Below are positions 61,321 to 64,000 of a stretch of DNA of 64,000 nucleotides, in pieces. Source of the stretch: Strigamia acuminata (Eukaryota). The stretch's first letter is position 1. Every line of letters starts with the position of its first letter. Below the pieces are notes generated by a model. That model saw only the letters and a program-made list of their open reading frames with translations, did no database searches and was not told the DNA's origin. The stretch is from contig OX442314.1 in NCBI GenBank assembly GCA_949358305.1, positions 62,001 through 126,000 on the forward strand, read 5' to 3'. The translations under genes and the position numbers were made by a program.

Positions 61321-61536
61321 CAGTGTTGTGCGCGGTACACACAACATGGACCGCGGTCCCGGTACGCGTTACTGTACCGGCCGCAAAAAAGTAACGCGGT
61401 CCCGGTACGCGTTACTTCCAACGATACCGCGGTCCCGGTACGCGTTACACCGTGTACCGCGTTCCAATACCGCGGTCCCGGTACAGTACCGAGACCGCGA
61501 TTTTGCGGTACATCTCGCGGTACGCGATATTCTCGG
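61321..61536. mobile_element. Left end of a probable hAT-like MITE
   Basis: Begins CAGTGTTG where pol homology stops; repeated CGCGGTCCCGGTAC motifs. The other end and the TSD are not visible. Confidence 0.55.
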
Positions 61537-64000
61537 TTCAACAAAGTATTTACAGCATTGCTCGAGGACATGTCGACTTGTGCGCTTGATCCGGAAGATC
61601 CCAACAGCGAGAAAACAAATAAAGACCCGCCAAAAGAGTCTGCATCAGCGGCAGCACAAAAGTCTGATGTCCACGTCATGAATGCGACTACCACGCCAAC
61701 ACCTAGAACGGATACACAGCACACATGTCCCAAGGACGTTGTCATTTTTCCAGCCGCTAAAGAAGCGCCTTCAGAGCCAAAGCTCCCGAAGAATGCTATG
61801 TGGAGAAAAACCCCAACGGATAAATGGTTCATGTCTGACAGGCAATCATGGAGGCCTGTGTGCCCCGTTTGCGGCAAGGAATGGATTCGTCAGTCGGGAA
61901 ACGCAAGCGGCCTGCTCAAAGCATGAGTCCAGAGAGTGGGTCGGATACAAACATCAAGGACTCTACTGAAAAGAAGACTGAAGAATCACCAGACATCGAT
62001 GGAAGTACAAAACCGTCTACTCCGACATCAGAGGCGCCATCTGCTGTTCGAGAAGACAACAACAAATCATTAAACCCGTCTACTGACATTAAATTAAATA
62101 CACCAATCAAATCAGATTCAAGTAAATCAAAATCAAAAATACCCGGTGTCGTAACACCACAACCAACAAAATCAGCGCAACTTTCGTCTGTGAAAGCCAA
62201 GGAAACCCCCAAACAATCAACTTCGTTGACAACGCAGAGTGAGACGTTGCAAACAAACTTCGTTCTTTTGTCGCCTGAGGAATTGCAAAAATCCGACGAG
62301 CCAATAATCGAAATTACGAAGATTGACCGCTTCAACAGAGAAGCACCATACATCAAGATAACATGGGCCAACGTGAGTTTTGTCGCACTTTTGGATTCAG
62401 GCGCTCAGACATGTGTAATGTCGGAGTCGTTATTTAACAAACTTAAAGCCAATATGGGTTTGGAATTGCTCGAACTTCACGAAACAGTGCGTACAGCGGC
62501 CGATGACAAAATTCCAGTTAAGGGATCTGTTAAACTGTCGGTGCGCGCACCTTTGGCCATCATTTCTTTCATTTGCTTAATTATACCCAAAACATCAGAG
62601 GACCTTCTGCTGGGAAGAGATTTCTGCAGAGCGGTTGGTCTGTGCGCAGACTTTGAATTGTGCCAGTGGTATTTGAAGGGATCACCGGAGCGAAGACAAT
62701 TCATGACTTTAGAACAAGCTAATAAGTCGGAATCTGTTCTTTTGTTCCCCATCAAGAAGCCCGATGATACAAAGGACAGCATTAAGGATGTACCCAAGGT
62801 AGAAATTAATAACATTAATTGTATTCTTCTAGAACATCGACCTTTGTCACAAGAGATTTTCGAATATCCAAATGACGATGCTCAGCACCAAATCAAGAGG
62901 ATTCGGAATCGTACACGAGATCAATGGTCATTGATATGGTCACCAAAGAGGAAGGATTCCATTAAAAAATCAAGAAAATTCAATTCATCATTGTTTTCAA
63001 CGCTTAGCCAACGCAGACGTGCAAGACGACAGCGAAGACGCCTTTATGAATTGTCACCAACAATAAAACAACTTAACACGCAGGGAAGACAGCTTTTGCG
63101 TCGTGTAGATGAAAATGCGCTCATGGCCAGAGTACACGATCATCCGACGATTTCGGAGCCACCTCTGGATGTTAATGTACTACAATATCAACCAAGCAGT
63201 GATCCAACACAACTGGACTGGATTTACGACCAGCTGTGGTCATCATTGACGGTACCCCAAATTCGTTTATTGATTCAGACTCTTCGACCAATTTCGAAAG
63301 TGTTTCGCGAAGAGGTTGGATTATGTAACAACACTCAGTTTGAAGTAAATTTAAAACCGGACTTTAGACCAATTCATGTGCCTGTAAGACCCGTTAACCC
63401 AGCAAAAAAGATGGTAATTGACGCTTATTTGGATCAAAAACTAAAACAAGGCATTATTCGTCGATCAAAAAGTGATTGTGCGGTGGCGCCTGTTGTTGTT
63501 CCAAAAAAGACTGGAGACTGGCGTACAGCCATGGATTTTAGACCAATGAATGCTCAAACTTTACCAGATGTCTACCCATTACCCGACATCGATAATATAT
63601 TTTCTTATTTAGGAGGATCAAATTGGTTTTCGATCATAGATGGACGAGAAGCCTTCCACCAGATTGGAGTGCGTCCGGGTGACGAGAGATTTCTCGCATT
63701 TATCACGCACAGAGGACTTTTCGAGTATGTGAGAATGCCGTTTGGACCCATTAATGGCCCAGCAACTCTACAGAGAGCCATGAACAAGACTTTGTCGAAA
63801 TATCTTTACAAATTTGTGTTCGTTTATCTCGATGACGTCATAATTTTCAGCAAGACTTTCGAGGAGCATGTACAACATCTTAAAATTATTCTTCAAGCCT
63901 TGGATGAAGCGGGATTCACGATGAACGCCAACAAGACGGAATTATGTCGAACATCGCTCGAGGTTTTAGGACACATTAGGTGCGTTCAATTCCAAATGGT
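61537..64000 (+). repeat. Direct duplication of element C interior (copy of 56368 onward), runs off the window
   Basis: Constant 5169-bp offset; the same MITE begins at 63978. Confidence 0.95.

Overview
Eukaryotic heterochromatin-like DNA with no host gene; a short (TTAGG)n tract weakly hints at an arthropod. About 30 kb is a composite higher-order satellite: a GC-rich 9/15/18-bp block, then an AT-rich 22-bp block, then 60-61-bp monomers. It is interrupted by four Ty3/Gypsy-type LTR retrotransposon families (labelled A, B, C, E here), a solo LTR and several non-autonomous DNA elements, some nested five deep. The most notable object is Gypsy B (22844-35393), complete and with open ORFs. It carries a large non-env third ORF with two CxxCxGxG motifs, five AT-hook-like motifs between RNase H and integrase, and an atypical Gag zinc motif. 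It has no target-site duplication: its flanks are mirror images at the same base of the 22-bp satellite unit. Every switch of satellite orientation coincides with retroelement sequence. Homologous satellite units carry apparent excision footprints of a CACTG-ended MITE. Most ORFs in the supplied track are artefacts of the satellites. Family assignments rest on motifs read by eye; no searches were run.
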